Below, one piece after another: positions 1 to 11,117 of a stretch of 64,000 nt of DNA. Under the pieces are notes generated by a model, which did not search any database, had not been told where the DNA came from, and was given only the letters and a program-made list of their open reading frames with translations. Within the stretch, counting starts at the first letter, position 1. Each line of letters opens with the position of its first letter. The stretch spans positions 4,256,001 to 4,320,000 of the forward strand of contig OY764159.1 in NCBI GenBank assembly GCA_963668175.1, in the 5' to 3' direction. The stretch comes from Syntrophales bacterium. Lineage in GTDB: Bacteria; Desulfobacterota; Syntrophia; Syntrophales; PHBD01. Both the position numbers and the translations under genes were made by a program.

Positions 1-1015
1 TAAAAGTGCAGATTTTATTCGCTAATTCGTCAGGCGAGACCGGATCAAAATAGACCACGGCATCACCGCCGAACTCAGGCATCGGCGGACGGTCAGAAAC
101 AACCAAAGGCCTTCCGGCACCCAGAGCCTCAAGAAGAATATTCGGACAATTCTCACACTCCGACGCAAAAATATTAACTTTTGCGTGATAATAGACGGAC
201 GGTAGGTCTTCGTAGGGAATATTCCCGGGAAGCAGAATATCGCCCTGTAGCCGGAGTCTTTTTATTTCCTCAATCACTCGTTTTCCATAATCCGTCGAAT
301 GGACGCCTGCCAGGACCAATTTTTCCGATGTCTTCCGGAGTTGTTTAAGACGGTGAAAACCCCTGACGACTTCCATCTGATTCTTATAAACATCAAAAAT
401 GGAAACATAGAGCAAATAACCTGCGCCATCCTCGGGCAGCCATGACAGCCTTTGCGGCACTTTCGCATCATCTATTTTGAAACGCTCCGTAAGTCCATGA
501 TTGATGGTTATGGCTTTCTTCAATCGGCCTCTCAATCGGTCCTCAATAAGCTGGCGCGGATAATCCGCAATGAAAATGACAAGATCGGCATTTTGCATGC
601 TTCGCAACATAGCCTTTTCAAGTATCCAGTTGCGCAGACGTTCCAGCCCCAAAGGATATTTGGCCCGCTGAATATAATCGAACGGAAGCATGTTGCGAAA
701 CATCGTAACAGTCTTGCAGCCGGGCGGCGGCTTTGTATTGATAAGCCCTCCGGGGCAGAAAAGCACGTCAGCCTTCAACTCTTTCAGCAACCGGGGAAGC
801 ATCATTTTTTCCCAGCATGCCCTTAAGAGAGGATTTTCCGTAGGCCAATCGATCGGCAACCTGATGATCCTAGGTGCTGCCGGGATAGAGAGGGAATCTG
901 GCACCAATACAAAGAACATCGCATCCTGGAAATCTTCCGTATATCTCAGCAGATTAGCCAGATAGGTCTGCCCGCCTCCTCGGCGGGCAGAGAAGGCGTT
1001 TATGATGATATTCAT
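1..1015 (-). CDS. GT4-family glycosyltransferase (3' end truncated by window edge)
   Basis: Not in the ORF track. Hand translation from ATG at 1015 gives MNIIINAFSARRGGGQTYL..., and the same frame near the edge gives ...FASECENCPNILLEALGAGRP (E-x7-E motif of GT4). Confidence 0.88.
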   Translation of the reverse strand, partial: MNIIINAFSARRGGGQTYLANLLRYTEDFQDAMFFVLVPDSLSIPAAPRIIRLPIDWPTENPLLRACWEKMMLPRLLKELKADVLFCPGGLINTKPPPGCKTVTMFRNMLPFDYIQRAKYPLGLERLRNWILEKAMLRSMQNADLVIFIADYPRQLIEDRLRGRLKKAITINHGLTERFKIDDAKVPQRLSWLPEDGAGYLLYVSIFDVYKNQMEVVRGFHRLKQLRKTSEKLVLAGVHSTDYGKRVIEEIKRLRLQGDILLPGNIPYEDLPSVYYHAKVNIFASECENCPNILLEALGAGRPLVVSDRPPMPEFGGDAVVYFDPVSPDELANKICTF

Positions 1016-1032
1016 AGATGCCTCTCTTTTGC

Positions 1033-2898
1033 CTAATTTGCCGATCTCGCCCTGCTGCGAAAATCGAGCAGCATGAGAATAGCCCACAATAACGGATGAA
1101 CATTCCGCTTGCCGGATTGATGCAAGCTCCACAGATTGAGAACCGAATCCTGATTCAGAGGCAGCGATTGAAAGAGCGACGTATCCTGAAGTCTCTCTTC
1201 ACCCCAATCCTTGAGAGGACCTCTCAACCAGGCATCAATTGGCACTGCAAATCCCATTTTAGGACGGTCCAGCAATTCTTTCGGAACAAATCTATAAGCC
1301 AATTTTCTCAACAGATATTTGTTTACGCCGTCTTTCAATTTCCATGAGACAGGGAGCTTCATCGCCCAGTCGACCAAGTCGTGCTCCAAGAGAGGATCTC
1401 TCGATTCAAGAGAAAAGGCCATGCTTGCAACATCGACTTTCTGGAGATAATCGTCCGGCAGCGTGAAAAGAGCATCCAGCCGCATTCCCTTTTCGCTTGG
1501 ATGCAAATCATCGGAGAAATCTTTCTCGGCGAGCTTGAATAATTCACGTATGCCATGGGTTTTCTTCAATACGTCATCATTGAAAAACCCCGAGAAATCT
1601 TTTGCAATGCTCCGCGAAAATGCGAACGCGGTTACAATATCCGATTGAGAGAGCGCTCCCGCCAGCAGTCTCAGCTGATGCATAGGAAGCAGACCGATTG
1701 CTGAACTTGCGAGACGGCGGAAGGCATCCGGCAGTCCGTATAAGAAATGAATTTTCTCGATGATCTGATAATAATGATAGCCACCGAAAAGTTCATCCCC
1801 GCCGTCGCCGGACAGACTGACGGTAACGTGCTTTCTGGCCAGGCGGGACACCGCCATGACAGGAAAAGCTGAACTGTCAAAGAACGGCTCGTCGAATTCT
1901 TCAACAAATGTCGGCATCAGAGCAAGCAACTCGTCAATGTGCAAGTTTTCCGATTTATGATCGGTTTCTAAATGATTTGCCACTTCCGATGCAAAACCGC
2001 TTTCATCGTACTGCTTCTCGGAAAAACCAATGGTAAACGTTTTCACCGGCCGGTTGCTGTGTCTTCTCATCATGGCCACAACCAGCGAACTGTCAATCCC
2101 TCCCGACAGAAAGGCCCCCAAGGGAACATCGCTTATCATACGGGATTTGACACTTCTTGATATGATCTCCTCCAATTCTTCGAGTAAGTCCTCTTCGCTT
2201 CTATTGACCCATGATGTTTCCGGCCTTATTTTTCTGAAATCCCAATAGCGTTCGATTCTGAGGCCTTTTTCATCGATCATCAGGAAATGAGCCGGCGGAA
2301 GCTTCTTTACCGACTTGTATATGGAATACGGTGCAGGGATATAGCCGCACTCAAGATACAACCGGAGCGCCTGCTCATCTGTATCTCTTGACAAGGATTT
2401 ATCAAGGGCAAAAAGGGCTCGCGGCCTGGATGAAAAAATGAAACTGCTTGCCGAGTGATGGTAATAAAATGGCTTGACCCCCATGCGGTCCCTTGCGGCA
2501 AAAAGTCTTTTTTCCAATCGGTCCCATATTGCGAATGCAAACATCCCGTGAAAATATTGAAGGCATCCCGAACCCCACTTTCCAAATGCCGCAAGGATGA
2601 CCTCGGTGTCGCTGTTGCTCCGCCATTGCCCACCAAGATTCTTACGCAATTCCTGGAAATTGTATATCTCCCCGTTGAAAACAATGACATATCTCCCGTC
2701 GTCCGAAATCATGGGCTGATGTCCCGTTTCGGTTAAATCAAGAATGGCAAGCCGCCGGTGCCCCATGCCGACATATTCATCATGCCAAGCGCCTGTATCG
2801 TCTGGACCTCTCTTTTGCAGCATTTCTGCAGCTTTCAGCAAGAGATCGGCATCTCCGCGGAACCCCTTGCTCTGATAAATACCGACGATGCCGCACAT
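1033..2898 (-). CDS. asnB: AsnB-like glutamine-hydrolysing amidotransferase (sugar amidation)
   Basis: MCGIVG N-terminal Cys, RGPD, HRRLAILD, FNGEIYN, RDRMGVKP, LSGGIDSS, SGDGGDELFGGY. Confidence 0.92.
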   Translation of the reverse strand: MCGIVGIYQSKGFRGDADLLLKAAEMLQKRGPDDTGAWHDEYVGMGHRRLAILDLTETGHQPMISDDGRYVIVFNGEIYNFQELRKNLGGQWRSNSDTEVILAAFGKWGSGCLQYFHGMFAFAIWDRLEKRLFAARDRMGVKPFYYHHSASSFIFSSRPRALFALDKSLSRDTDEQALRLYLECGYIPAPYSIYKSVKKLPPAHFLMIDEKGLRIERYWDFRKIRPETSWVNRSEEDLLEELEEIISRSVKSRMISDVPLGAFLSGGIDSSLVVAMMRRHSNRPVKTFTIGFSEKQYDESGFASEVANHLETDHKSENLHIDELLALMPTFVEEFDEPFFDSSAFPVMAVSRLARKHVTVSLSGDGGDELFGGYHYYQIIEKIHFLYGLPDAFRRLASSAIGLLPMHQLRLLAGALSQSDIVTAFAFSRSIAKDFSGFFNDDVLKKTHGIRELFKLAEKDFSDDLHPSEKGMRLDALFTLPDDYLQKVDVASMAFSLESRDPLLEHDLVDWAMKLPVSWKLKDGVNKYLLRKLAYRFVPKELLDRPKMGFAVPIDAWLRGPLKDWGEERLQDTSLFQSLPLNQDSVLNLWSLHQSGKRNVHPLLWAILMLLDFRSRARSAN

Positions 2899-2916
2899 AA
2901 TGGTTATCTCTATTCC

Positions 2917-3966
2917 TCAGTTGAGTGAATCCAACACGATTTTCATTCTGTGATACCAGGTATGTTCTTTTCTGACGCGCTCGTATCCTTGCTCCGCAAT
3001 CTTCAGTCTCTCCCGATCGTTTTTGATATAAAACCTGATCTTATCCTTCAATTCGTCCATATTTTTATAGCAAACGATCTCTTCTCCTATGTTAAACATC
3101 TCCTCCAGCCCTTCTTTATAATCGACCATCGAGAAAGCCCTACAGGCCGGTATTTCGAACGTCCTTGTATTCACACCATAGAGAGACTGTGGATGATTAA
3201 TATTCAAATTTATTTTCGATGCGCAGTATATCTTCTTCACGGTTTCACCCGACGCTTTCCCGCGATAGTAATCACCTTTCATCTTATCCTTGTGTCTGTC
3301 CCAATAGTCCCCAAACACACCAATCCGAACATTATTCAGTTCATTAAAGAGATTGATTCTGTTTTGAAAAGGCATGCCGACAAAAGATACATCAAACGCA
3401 TACCGGCCTCTCTCTTCGTCGGTTAACTGGACATTCCTGTATATTTCATCATCGGCAGCCAGAGGAAGATAGGCCACATTTGAAATACCTCTTCTTTTAA
3501 CGACGTCTACATAGTGCTTGTCGAAAACGAAAATACGGCTGTAATGCTTCATTCCCCTTTCAAAATTGTTTGTCCTGAATTCATCTCCCGCGGTCACGCC
3601 ATCACCTGAATAGAACGGATCGTCCCATTGATATGAGATGCATGGAATTTCGATCTTTTTTAAACTTTGCAGTGTCTGCGGTAGAATACTGTCTCCCTTC
3701 ACAATAAAAATTAGAGCGGGCTTTATTTGCTTCGCATTTCGCAGGTATCTTCTGTTCTCATGTCTCAGGGCCGCAAGTAGCAGCGGATTCAGTACACTCC
3801 TTGTCATTCCGTACATTCTCGTGATTTTACCTAACACTCTTTCCCAAATCTGCATGTTCAGGCCAAAGAGGGTGCTTTCATAACCCAGCCTTTCGAAGGC
3901 CCTTTTGATGGATTCATCCAAACCGTAATACTGGGGTGCTAAGATAATAACGCTACGGCTTTTCAT
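2917..3966 (-). CDS. CgeB-like glycosyltransferase (Glyco_trans_1_2 type)
   Basis: YLPLAAD, DVSFVG, SKINLNI, NTRTFEIPAC, HTWYHRM motifs. Confidence 0.8.
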   Translation of the reverse strand: MKSRSVIILAPQYYGLDESIKRAFERLGYESTLFGLNMQIWERVLGKITRMYGMTRSVLNPLLLAALRHENRRYLRNAKQIKPALIFIVKGDSILPQTLQSLKKIEIPCISYQWDDPFYSGDGVTAGDEFRTNNFERGMKHYSRIFVFDKHYVDVVKRRGISNVAYLPLAADDEIYRNVQLTDEERGRYAFDVSFVGMPFQNRINLFNELNNVRIGVFGDYWDRHKDKMKGDYYRGKASGETVKKIYCASKINLNINHPQSLYGVNTRTFEIPACRAFSMVDYKEGLEEMFNIGEEIVCYKNMDELKDKIRFYIKNDRERLKIAEQGYERVRKEHTWYHRMKIVLDSLN

Positions 3967-4873
3967 TCCAGATTCTTTCCGTCTCCTTCATCTTGAGCAA
4001 CCCCTCCTTGATGCCCAACGGCATTAACTTAAGTTCATCCTCCATCTTTCTTGTTCTGTAGGACGTATCCTTGGGCCTAGGAACCATGCCCTTGAAGAAA
4101 TCATGACCGACCGATTTGACCATGTTGTCATCCAAACCGAAGACTTGAGCTGCGGTTCGTATGAACTCAAAAATGCTGACGCGATCCCGCCCTGCAATAT
4201 TAAATGTCTCCCAACGGCTCTCATCGACTATTTTTCTTATAGCCTCCGCGCACTGCTCAACATACAGAGGCATGACATAGACATCTCCATAGCCCATGAA
4301 CGTATCGCCGTGTCTCAACTTCTCAACAGCCATGGTTACAATATTGGATCTTTCCGAAGGATTATGCCATCCATACAATATATTCGGCCTTATAATTGCC
4401 GACGTTATTTTTCTGCCTTTAATGATCGTTTCACCTGCTAATTTGATTTCTCCGTAATAATTGACCGGTTTCGCTTCATCCGACTCACCGTAAGGAGCGC
4501 AATTTCCATCGTATATGCCGTTTGAAGAAATATACACGTACTTTGCCCCGTACTCTTCGCAGAGCGAGACAATTTTCTCTGTTCCGCCGATATTGATATC
4601 CCAGGTAATTTGTCTGTTATTTTCCGCATAATCCGGACTTCCGATACTTGCCGTATGGATCACGACATTCGGCTTAAAAGATTTGAATAGTCTGCTGTAG
4701 CTATCGTGATCCCTGATATCCATTTTTTCATAACGAACGGCTTGTGTATGCTCAACCTTATAGTCGCCCACATACGTCGAAACGATCTCGTGATCGACCC
4801 GGAATTTCCCGATCAGAGAGTATCCCAAAAGCCCGGTTCCACCTGTAATTAATATCCTGCGTTTATCTTCCAT
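3953..4873 (-). CDS. RmlD-like NDP-4-keto-sugar reductase (extended SDR)
   Basis: ITGGTGLLG, YISS, PVNYYGEIK (YxxxK), PRPKDTS. Confidence 0.8.
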   Translation of the reverse strand: MEDKRRILITGGTGLLGYSLIGKFRVDHEIVSTYVGDYKVEHTQAVRYEKMDIRDHDSYSRLFKSFKPNVVIHTASIGSPDYAENNRQITWDINIGGTEKIVSLCEEYGAKYVYISSNGIYDGNCAPYGESDEAKPVNYYGEIKLAGETIIKGRKITSAIIRPNILYGWHNPSERSNIVTMAVEKLRHGDTFMGYGDVYVMPLYVEQCAEAIRKIVDESRWETFNIAGRDRVSIFEFIRTAAQVFGLDDNMVKSVGHDFFKGMVPRPKDTSYRTRKMEDELKLMPLGIKEGLLKMKETERIWNEKP

Positions 4874-5110
4874 GTACAGAATCTCTCATCAGAATGTATT
4901 ATCGATTATCGTTCTTATCTCTCGTCGACCAGAACCGCTTGACGCTCCGCAAATTCATTTTCGTTCCGGCATCGAATCAGCAACGCTCGTTCTGCTTAAT
5001 TCACGATACGCCACGCTTTTTATTACAATAAAGAACTGGAGTTGGGATGGATTTCTGAATTATCGATGGTCAAAGAAAGATGAACCTGATCGACTGTTCC
5101 TCGCTTATTG

Positions 5111-6991
5111 TCAATTCAGTGGTGGATCAGCCGAAACCGATTCCAGACATTTTTTCCAGCGCGGCATTTTTCTATCGAGGCAGAAATACGGCTCCACTTT
5201 ATCAATATCATCACATTCCAGAACGCTGCGAAGAGCCTGTGCCAATTCCTTATGATTCGTCACGTATGTCACATTCCGCAAACCGCGCAACGGACTCAAA
5301 TTCAAGGCATTGCCGTCCAGCATCGAAACGACCGGAATTCCGGCACAATACGCGTCTACGGCCCCAGAGGTTATGTTGCTTGAATAAACAACGTCACATT
5401 GATGGAGCAAATCCGCCAATGGCAATGAGAGGTCCTGCAAGTGTAACGAAGGATAATCACTTTCCTTTACGGGGCAGTTAGGATGTGACTTAATAATATA
5501 ACAGGTATCAGCCGGCAATAAAGAAGCTGCGGCAGTCAACCATTGCATTTGCTGACGGGTGATAGGAGCCGAATAATCCCCTAAGATGAGAACACGTCTC
5601 GACATTAATGCCTTTGGCTTCTTGGCACGCTTTTCTTTCATATCCGCAAGATAAAGGTACCGTAAAGCCTCTGCTTCCATAATCTGATCCATCGGATACG
5701 CACTTTCTTGATAGCATTTCATGGCTGCCGGACCATTAAGAACCACTCTATCCGGCAGAGGTAAAGCATTCTTGCCAGTCGGTCTGTAACTGCGTGGATC
5801 AAAGAAATAACGTAAATCCCAATATCGGATCGTTGAATGCGGGACGCCGATCAACGTCCCATGCCCGGCAGCCCGCCAGGCATGAATAAATCCCATTTCC
5901 CAACCCTGATTTTCCTGAAGATAGACACCTAGTTTCTGGGGCGGTAAATTTCCAATCGTTCGCTCGAACAGATTCAGGCATAAGCAGTTTAATATCGCGA
6001 CCGGGCCTCGCATCGAATTGAACCATTCCTGTTTAAATAGCGGCCATAAATCTAGTTTTGACCCGGTGGGGCAAAAGTGGGTATTGATTCCAGCCAGCCA
6101 TCGACTAATCCATACGAGGCGACTATAATCAGACAGCGAGGCAAACACTGCAGAAATGCTGAGTGCGCTATCCAGACAGCTATGGGATTGTCCTTTGACA
6201 CCGCACTGATTGAAACGCGCGATTACGTTCCTCGCCTCCTTGGTAGATGCAACAGCATTATGTTGAATATAATGATGGAGCCAGTTAACCTTCGATCCTG
6301 ACTGATCGAGCACATCGATCAGATCCGTCCAGAAATTGGACGCAAATTTGCCAGTCGTCAAAGCTTTTTGGTCCAGATGAATGAGATAGTCGACGAAAGT
6401 CATTTCACTTCCGCCGCCCACGGTTTGCTTCCTCAAAGGCCAGCGTTTCCAAACATAATGTACCAGTGTTATGAACGCCTGAATCAGATTGGGCAATGAG
6501 CGATATACTCTTTTAATCCAATGGTCAGATTCAACCTGCTTCTCTAATGGGCGCCATTCAAATGCCAACCCGGCACGATGGCACCATGATCGAAAAGTCT
6601 TCACCAATGCTTTATTACGACTTGCCAAGATAATTCTGGTAACTTGATGAGCAGCTACCAGTTCTTCAAGCACTAGCAGTTTAAAAACATGTATTACATG
6701 AAATGATTTATATGCATTGCATTTCTCGGAAATTAAGGTCATCCACCAATAACTGAAACCTGGACGAAGCTCCAAATGATCTATTAACCGTTTACCGTTG
6801 ACATGCGACTCTCCTAAGTCATAAATCCAGGCAAGGTATCGCTTCTTCAGTACATCGGCTCGCTGTTCCACGAGTCTGGGGAGTGAATATGTCGAATCGG
6901 CATTATCCCCATAACTCCGCCAGAGAACAGGAATCCACTTCCCTTCCGGGGGCAAGCCTTCAGTGTCCCATATAATCCATGTCTTTGTCAT
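5111..6991 (-). CDS. Surface carbohydrate biosynthesis protein (resembles TIGR04326/LIC13510 family), GT-B-like C-terminus
   Basis: 626 aa; YLQENQGWE, GVPHSTIRYWDLRYF, IKSHP, SNITSGAVDAYCAGIPV; family recalled from memory, not searched. Confidence 0.65.
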   Translation of the reverse strand: MTKTWIIWDTEGLPPEGKWIPVLWRSYGDNADSTYSLPRLVEQRADVLKKRYLAWIYDLGESHVNGKRLIDHLELRPGFSYWWMTLISEKCNAYKSFHVIHVFKLLVLEELVAAHQVTRIILASRNKALVKTFRSWCHRAGLAFEWRPLEKQVESDHWIKRVYRSLPNLIQAFITLVHYVWKRWPLRKQTVGGGSEMTFVDYLIHLDQKALTTGKFASNFWTDLIDVLDQSGSKVNWLHHYIQHNAVASTKEARNVIARFNQCGVKGQSHSCLDSALSISAVFASLSDYSRLVWISRWLAGINTHFCPTGSKLDLWPLFKQEWFNSMRGPVAILNCLCLNLFERTIGNLPPQKLGVYLQENQGWEMGFIHAWRAAGHGTLIGVPHSTIRYWDLRYFFDPRSYRPTGKNALPLPDRVVLNGPAAMKCYQESAYPMDQIMEAEALRYLYLADMKEKRAKKPKALMSRRVLILGDYSAPITRQQMQWLTAAASLLPADTCYIIKSHPNCPVKESDYPSLHLQDLSLPLADLLHQCDVVYSSNITSGAVDAYCAGIPVVSMLDGNALNLSPLRGLRNVTYVTNHKELAQALRSVLECDDIDKVEPYFCLDRKMPRWKKCLESVSADPPLN

Positions 6992-7057
6992 TTATTTTGA
7001 CGGAAGAAAAATTCTTGAGAGAATGTTCAAGTCTTGATAAGCCCTTTTCTTGAAATA

Positions 7058-7693
7058 TCACTCGCAGAATTCATGAAGTCGCTTAAGATCCTTTATGACC
7101 TCAATATCGGGAGGAAATAGACCTCTGCCTTCGCTGCAGCGGCCGACAAAACGGACTCCGGCGAATCGTGCCCCATCGTAATCTGTCATTGCGTCACCGA
7201 CCATCATCACCGTGTTGCGATCAAATTCATGGGTATTGCATATTCGATTAATGATATCTTTCTTGGTTGACGGAGCACCATGTACCGAAACAAAAAAATG
7301 ATCCATTCCCCTGCATTCCACGATTTCCCTAATTTCTTCATCTGGCGTTCCGGAAGCGACAAACAGGGCAATCCCTCTGTAGAATTCGGATAAGAATTCA
7401 AACGCTCCCGGCACCCAAGGAGCATTTATCACGGCATCCTTCACCAAATTGGAAAATGTTTCTCCCAATGCTTTTTCTTCTTGTAAAGAAAGAGGTTTTT
7501 TTAAGATTACTTCATGAAAATACCTGAATTTCTTCAGGCGTGAAACGCCTCCATTCGCCAAGTGATAATCGATTACCTGGCGGACGACATCGTCACCATA
7601 CCGAGCATACATATCAGCAAAAGCCCTCGTTTTTACATCGACTGATTCTACCAGGACACCATCAAAATCGAAGATAATCACCTTTGTTTTCAT
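7058..7693 (-). CDS. HAD-family hydrolase/phosphatase
   Basis: FDFDGV motif I, VASGT motif II, MVGDAMTD motif IV. Confidence 0.88.
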   Translation of the reverse strand: MKTKVIIFDFDGVLVESVDVKTRAFADMYARYGDDVVRQVIDYHLANGGVSRLKKFRYFHEVILKKPLSLQEEKALGETFSNLVKDAVINAPWVPGAFEFLSEFYRGIALFVASGTPDEEIREIVECRGMDHFFVSVHGAPSTKKDIINRICNTHEFDRNTVMMVGDAMTDYDGARFAGVRFVGRCSEGRGLFPPDIEVIKDLKRLHEFCE

Positions 7694-8352
7694 GATTCAT
7701 CAATCCATGCCACGACTGAGCAGGGAGCGGCATCGGCCTTTTCAAATCTCATAGGAAGAGCGACGATTTGAATCAAACGTTTCGTATCATCAATTTCGTC
7801 AAGGCTCATGTCTTCAATAAGAACGATATCTCTCTCCAGAAACGCGCGATGCGCATTTCTCCCTTCCTCTCGGTTTGTCAAACTGGAGATGGATATAAAG
7901 TCGATCCCGATTGCTTTCAATTGAGGGTATAGTCTCTTTAAATATATTGCCAGGCTGGATGACAATCCTGGCCCATTTCGCCAGTAACAATCGCAGCCGC
8001 GTTTTTCTTCGAAACCGGTCTTAAGTAAAATAATATCCACCGCAGATGATAGACTCCTTTTCAGCAGATCGTCCGGAGTAATCAACATGCCGGGAGTTAC
8101 AGAAAGACTTACCAACGCTGGTGATTCAAATATCCAATAGTCGGGCGGATAGTCATCTAATGTTCTTCCTCGCTGCAGAAAATGATAGGGCGCGTCGATA
8201 TGCGTGCCAGCGTGATTCGGCAGATTCAAAATGGCAGTATTGCAACTATCTCCTGAGACGATTGATCTATGGGAATTTATACGGAAGTCTTTTTCTCCTC
8301 CGTAAAGGGGGGTGGAGGAAGATAGTATATGTGACAGCCAGACGAGTCTCAT
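7690..8352 (-). CDS. Cyclase-family (kynurenine formamidase-like) metal hydrolase
   Basis: HAGTHIDAPYHF (HxGTHxDxPxH), GIDFIS, LIEDM; 4-bp overlap with next gene. Confidence 0.85.
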   Translation of the reverse strand: MRLVWLSHILSSSTPLYGGEKDFRINSHRSIVSGDSCNTAILNLPNHAGTHIDAPYHFLQRGRTLDDYPPDYWIFESPALVSLSVTPGMLITPDDLLKRSLSSAVDIILLKTGFEEKRGCDCYWRNGPGLSSSLAIYLKRLYPQLKAIGIDFISISSLTNREEGRNAHRAFLERDIVLIEDMSLDEIDDTKRLIQIVALPMRFEKADAAPCSVVAWIDES

Positions 8353-8412
8353 AGGTGAATATGAATAAATACGCTATTGCCGATCGCACTATGACTGATA
8401 GTAAATCAGCCC

Positions 8413-9294
8413 TTACGCTTCTCTACCATTATAGACCTCCTCGATAAGATCTAGAATCCCCTGACCGATATCGACGAACACACTGGGCACCATCTTTTTA
8501 CCTTCCCGAGGAGTGAAACGATAAGGGGTCATGTCGTAATGTGCCGAATCGCGTCCCTCTTTCTTAAAATCTATACTTATCTTCTCTCCGAGTATTTCTT
8601 GGATCATTCTGAGAAGTTCTCGGGAATTAAGTGCATGTGTACCGGTAATTGTTAATCGTTCATTTGCAAACTGCTGTTCCAGAGCGACAACGCTCAGTTC
8701 GGCCGCATCCTTCACGTGGATGTATTCACGCCTCTCATCACCACTCCCGGGATATATGATACGACCTTCACGGACTGCTTGAGTTACATACTTCTTCATG
8801 CCATTCCATTCCTGCGATCTCGGTCCATAAAGTGAACCGTAACGGAGGATTGTATAATCAAGACCGAATTGCTCATGATATGTATCAAGCATATGCTCGA
8901 CAGCTTGCTTGCTGACCCTATAAAATGATCCTTGCTGGCTGTATACATATATCGTCGAGGCATATATGAGACGCTCAACACCCGCCTTCAAAGAAGCGTC
9001 AAATACGATGGAACTGCCTATAATATTCTGTTCCAGTGTTTCCCTGGGAGAGGTTACCGCCATGCCAATATCAGCGATACCAGCCATATGGTATACGAAG
9101 CGAGCATCTGCCAGACAATTACTGATACTCTCCTCATTCATGATATCGCCAATGACCATCTCCTGCCCGGGACGCAGCCAAGCCGAGGGTCGCACGTCAA
9201 ATATGCAGACGTCATAACCGTTATCTGTCAATGCATCTGCAATATGACTCCCGAGAAAACCTGAACCACCTATCACGACCACCTTATTCTTCAT
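8413..9294 (-). CDS. NAD-dependent epimerase/dehydratase
   Basis: GGSGFLG, ASTIYVY, FYRVSK (YxxxK), LRYGSLYGP. Confidence 0.88.
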   Translation of the reverse strand: MKNKVVVIGGSGFLGSHIADALTDNGYDVCIFDVRPSAWLRPGQEMVIGDIMNEESISNCLADARFVYHMAGIADIGMAVTSPRETLEQNIIGSSIVFDASLKAGVERLIYASTIYVYSQQGSFYRVSKQAVEHMLDTYHEQFGLDYTILRYGSLYGPRSQEWNGMKKYVTQAVREGRIIYPGSGDERREYIHVKDAAELSVVALEQQFANERLTITGTHALNSRELLRMIQEILGEKISIDFKKEGRDSAHYDMTPYRFTPREGKKMVPSVFVDIGQGILDLIEEVYNGREA

Positions 9295-10217
9295 ATCAAA
9301 CCCGACTCCTTTAATCCGATAAACAGATTCGCAATTGCATCTCTTTCCATTTTTATTCTTGCCTCGCGGGCATAGGATCCAATGTGAGGAGTCAGCAAAA
9401 CCCGCTCAGAATCCATAAGACAACCATAATATGGTTCCTCATTAAATACATCAAGACAAGCAAAACCGATCTGCCCGTCTGACAGGCACTCCCGCAGGGC
9501 CTGTTCATCTATTAGACTTCCTCGAGCCGTATTCACCAACAGAACACCCTTCCGGCAGGCCCTCAATTCTACTCTACCGAGAATCACGTTCTTGCCGCTC
9601 GCATGCAGAGAGACAATATCCGACTTTCCGAGAAGCTCGACCAATGATACGGGCCTTGCATCTTCAGATTCAGTCATCTGTTGAGGGTCATAATATATAA
9701 CATTTGCGAAGAATGCCCGAACCAGTGATCCGACCCGCTGTCCTATCTCGCCGAATCCGATAATCCCGACAGTTTTTCCCTCCAGAAGTGACCCCATATG
9801 TTTTTCCCATTTATTCTCACGAATAAGCCTGTCATGCAGGCTTATTTTCCGCAGGGCGGACAGGATCAGTCCCAAGGTAAGTTCGGCAACCGACTGCGTC
9901 AGTACCCCAGTTGTTCTGTAAACACGAATGCCGAAGGATCCCGCCGCATCTCTATCAACATTGTCCCAGCCAACACCAACCCTGGAAATAACCTTCAGAA
10001 ATCCACATGCCTTTTCGATCGTGCCCCGGGTAATTGATTCAGTACCTGCCAACATTCCGATAGGCCGATACTGCAATAGAAGCTCCATGAGTTCCTCTTC
10101 CCGGAGCGCTCTCTTATGATGATTCAATATAGGATTACATCCGACATCGCGGAGAGAATCAAGCATTTCTGGTATTTCTAATCCGAATGACGATGTTGTT
10201 ATCAGTATATTAGGCAT
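9291..10217 (-). CDS. D-isomer-specific 2-hydroxyacid dehydrogenase (phosphoglycerate dehydrogenase-like, no ACT domain)
   Basis: SRVGVGWDNVD, GIIGFGEIG, NTARG, DVFNEEP, TPHIG. Confidence 0.88.
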   Translation of the reverse strand: MPNILITTSSFGLEIPEMLDSLRDVGCNPILNHHKRALREEELMELLLQYRPIGMLAGTESITRGTIEKACGFLKVISRVGVGWDNVDRDAAGSFGIRVYRTTGVLTQSVAELTLGLILSALRKISLHDRLIRENKWEKHMGSLLEGKTVGIIGFGEIGQRVGSLVRAFFANVIYYDPQQMTESEDARPVSLVELLGKSDIVSLHASGKNVILGRVELRACRKGVLLVNTARGSLIDEQALRECLSDGQIGFACLDVFNEEPYYGCLMDSERVLLTPHIGSYAREARIKMERDAIANLFIGLKESGLI

Positions 10218-10231
10218 GAGATAATTTTCAG

Positions 10232-11092
10232 TTACCAGCTCCTGTAATATTTTGAATCGTCGCTACTCTTTTTCAAAATAACACCGTAAAATCCTTCAAA
10301 GTCAAGTCTCCGCCATAGGTATTTTGTCCAGGAGAGGAGACCCGACGAAGGGTATTGTTTGTAAAGATCACGGGCGGCAACCTCCCAGCCGGAGAAGCGA
10401 AAAATCAGGTCCCAATCTCCAGGACAGAGTTCAAAAATATGGGTATTTTCCGCCCATACCTCCTGCTGCAAGTTGTTTCTGAGATGATGGAGACCAACCC
10501 TACTCGTCCTTAAATAAGGAACGGTAATAACGAAATAGGAACAGGCAGCGTGCACGGCCATTGAATGCAGAAAGCTTACGGGATCAAAAAGATGCTCCAG
10601 CATTTGAAAAGAGAGGAATACATCTGCCGATACGCCTCCGTTTACCAGATGCAGCTCTTCCGCACGGCATTGCATGGCATCAAGCCCCTGAGCCTTGATC
10701 TTCCTGACTGCCTCCGGGTCGAGATTAACGGACATCGATTTTAGCTCTATGCTGTAATTTTCTTTCAGACCTTCCAAATATCGCAAATGCGTGCCGGATG
10801 AGTCGCCTATATCGACAATCTTTATCTTTCGTTCGCATGTCTTGTTAATGAGCAATTCTATTGCCTTCAAGGTCAGACTTGTTTGAAATGTGTGCTGGGC
10901 GCGAACCTTGGTATTTATATAATTGTCTTTACTGTCTATGCGAAATGTTGTGTACTGCTCAGATATGTCTGGTACGATTGATGTTAACCTGTTTTTCAGG
11001 CTGGTCTCGCCTCGCTCTTCAGTACTCTGCACAAGCGAATGGATTAGGATATTATGGATTCTCCCTGCAATAGCCTTTTTAATGGATCGCAT
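10232..11092 (-). CDS. Putative class I SAM-dependent methyltransferase-fold protein
   Basis: IVDIGDSSG (degenerate motif I), SFQMLEHLFDP, ITVPY; ATG at 11092 preferred over TTG at 11098. Confidence 0.6.
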   Translation of the reverse strand: MRSIKKAIAGRIHNILIHSLVQSTEERGETSLKNRLTSIVPDISEQYTTFRIDSKDNYINTKVRAQHTFQTSLTLKAIELLINKTCERKIKIVDIGDSSGTHLRYLEGLKENYSIELKSMSVNLDPEAVRKIKAQGLDAMQCRAEELHLVNGGVSADVFLSFQMLEHLFDPVSFLHSMAVHAACSYFVITVPYLRTSRVGLHHLRNNLQQEVWAENTHIFELCPGDWDLIFRFSGWEVAARDLYKQYPSSGLLSWTKYLWRRLDFEGFYGVILKKSSDDSKYYRSW

Positions 11093-11117
11093 AACCAATT
11101 AAATTTACCACAAAAGT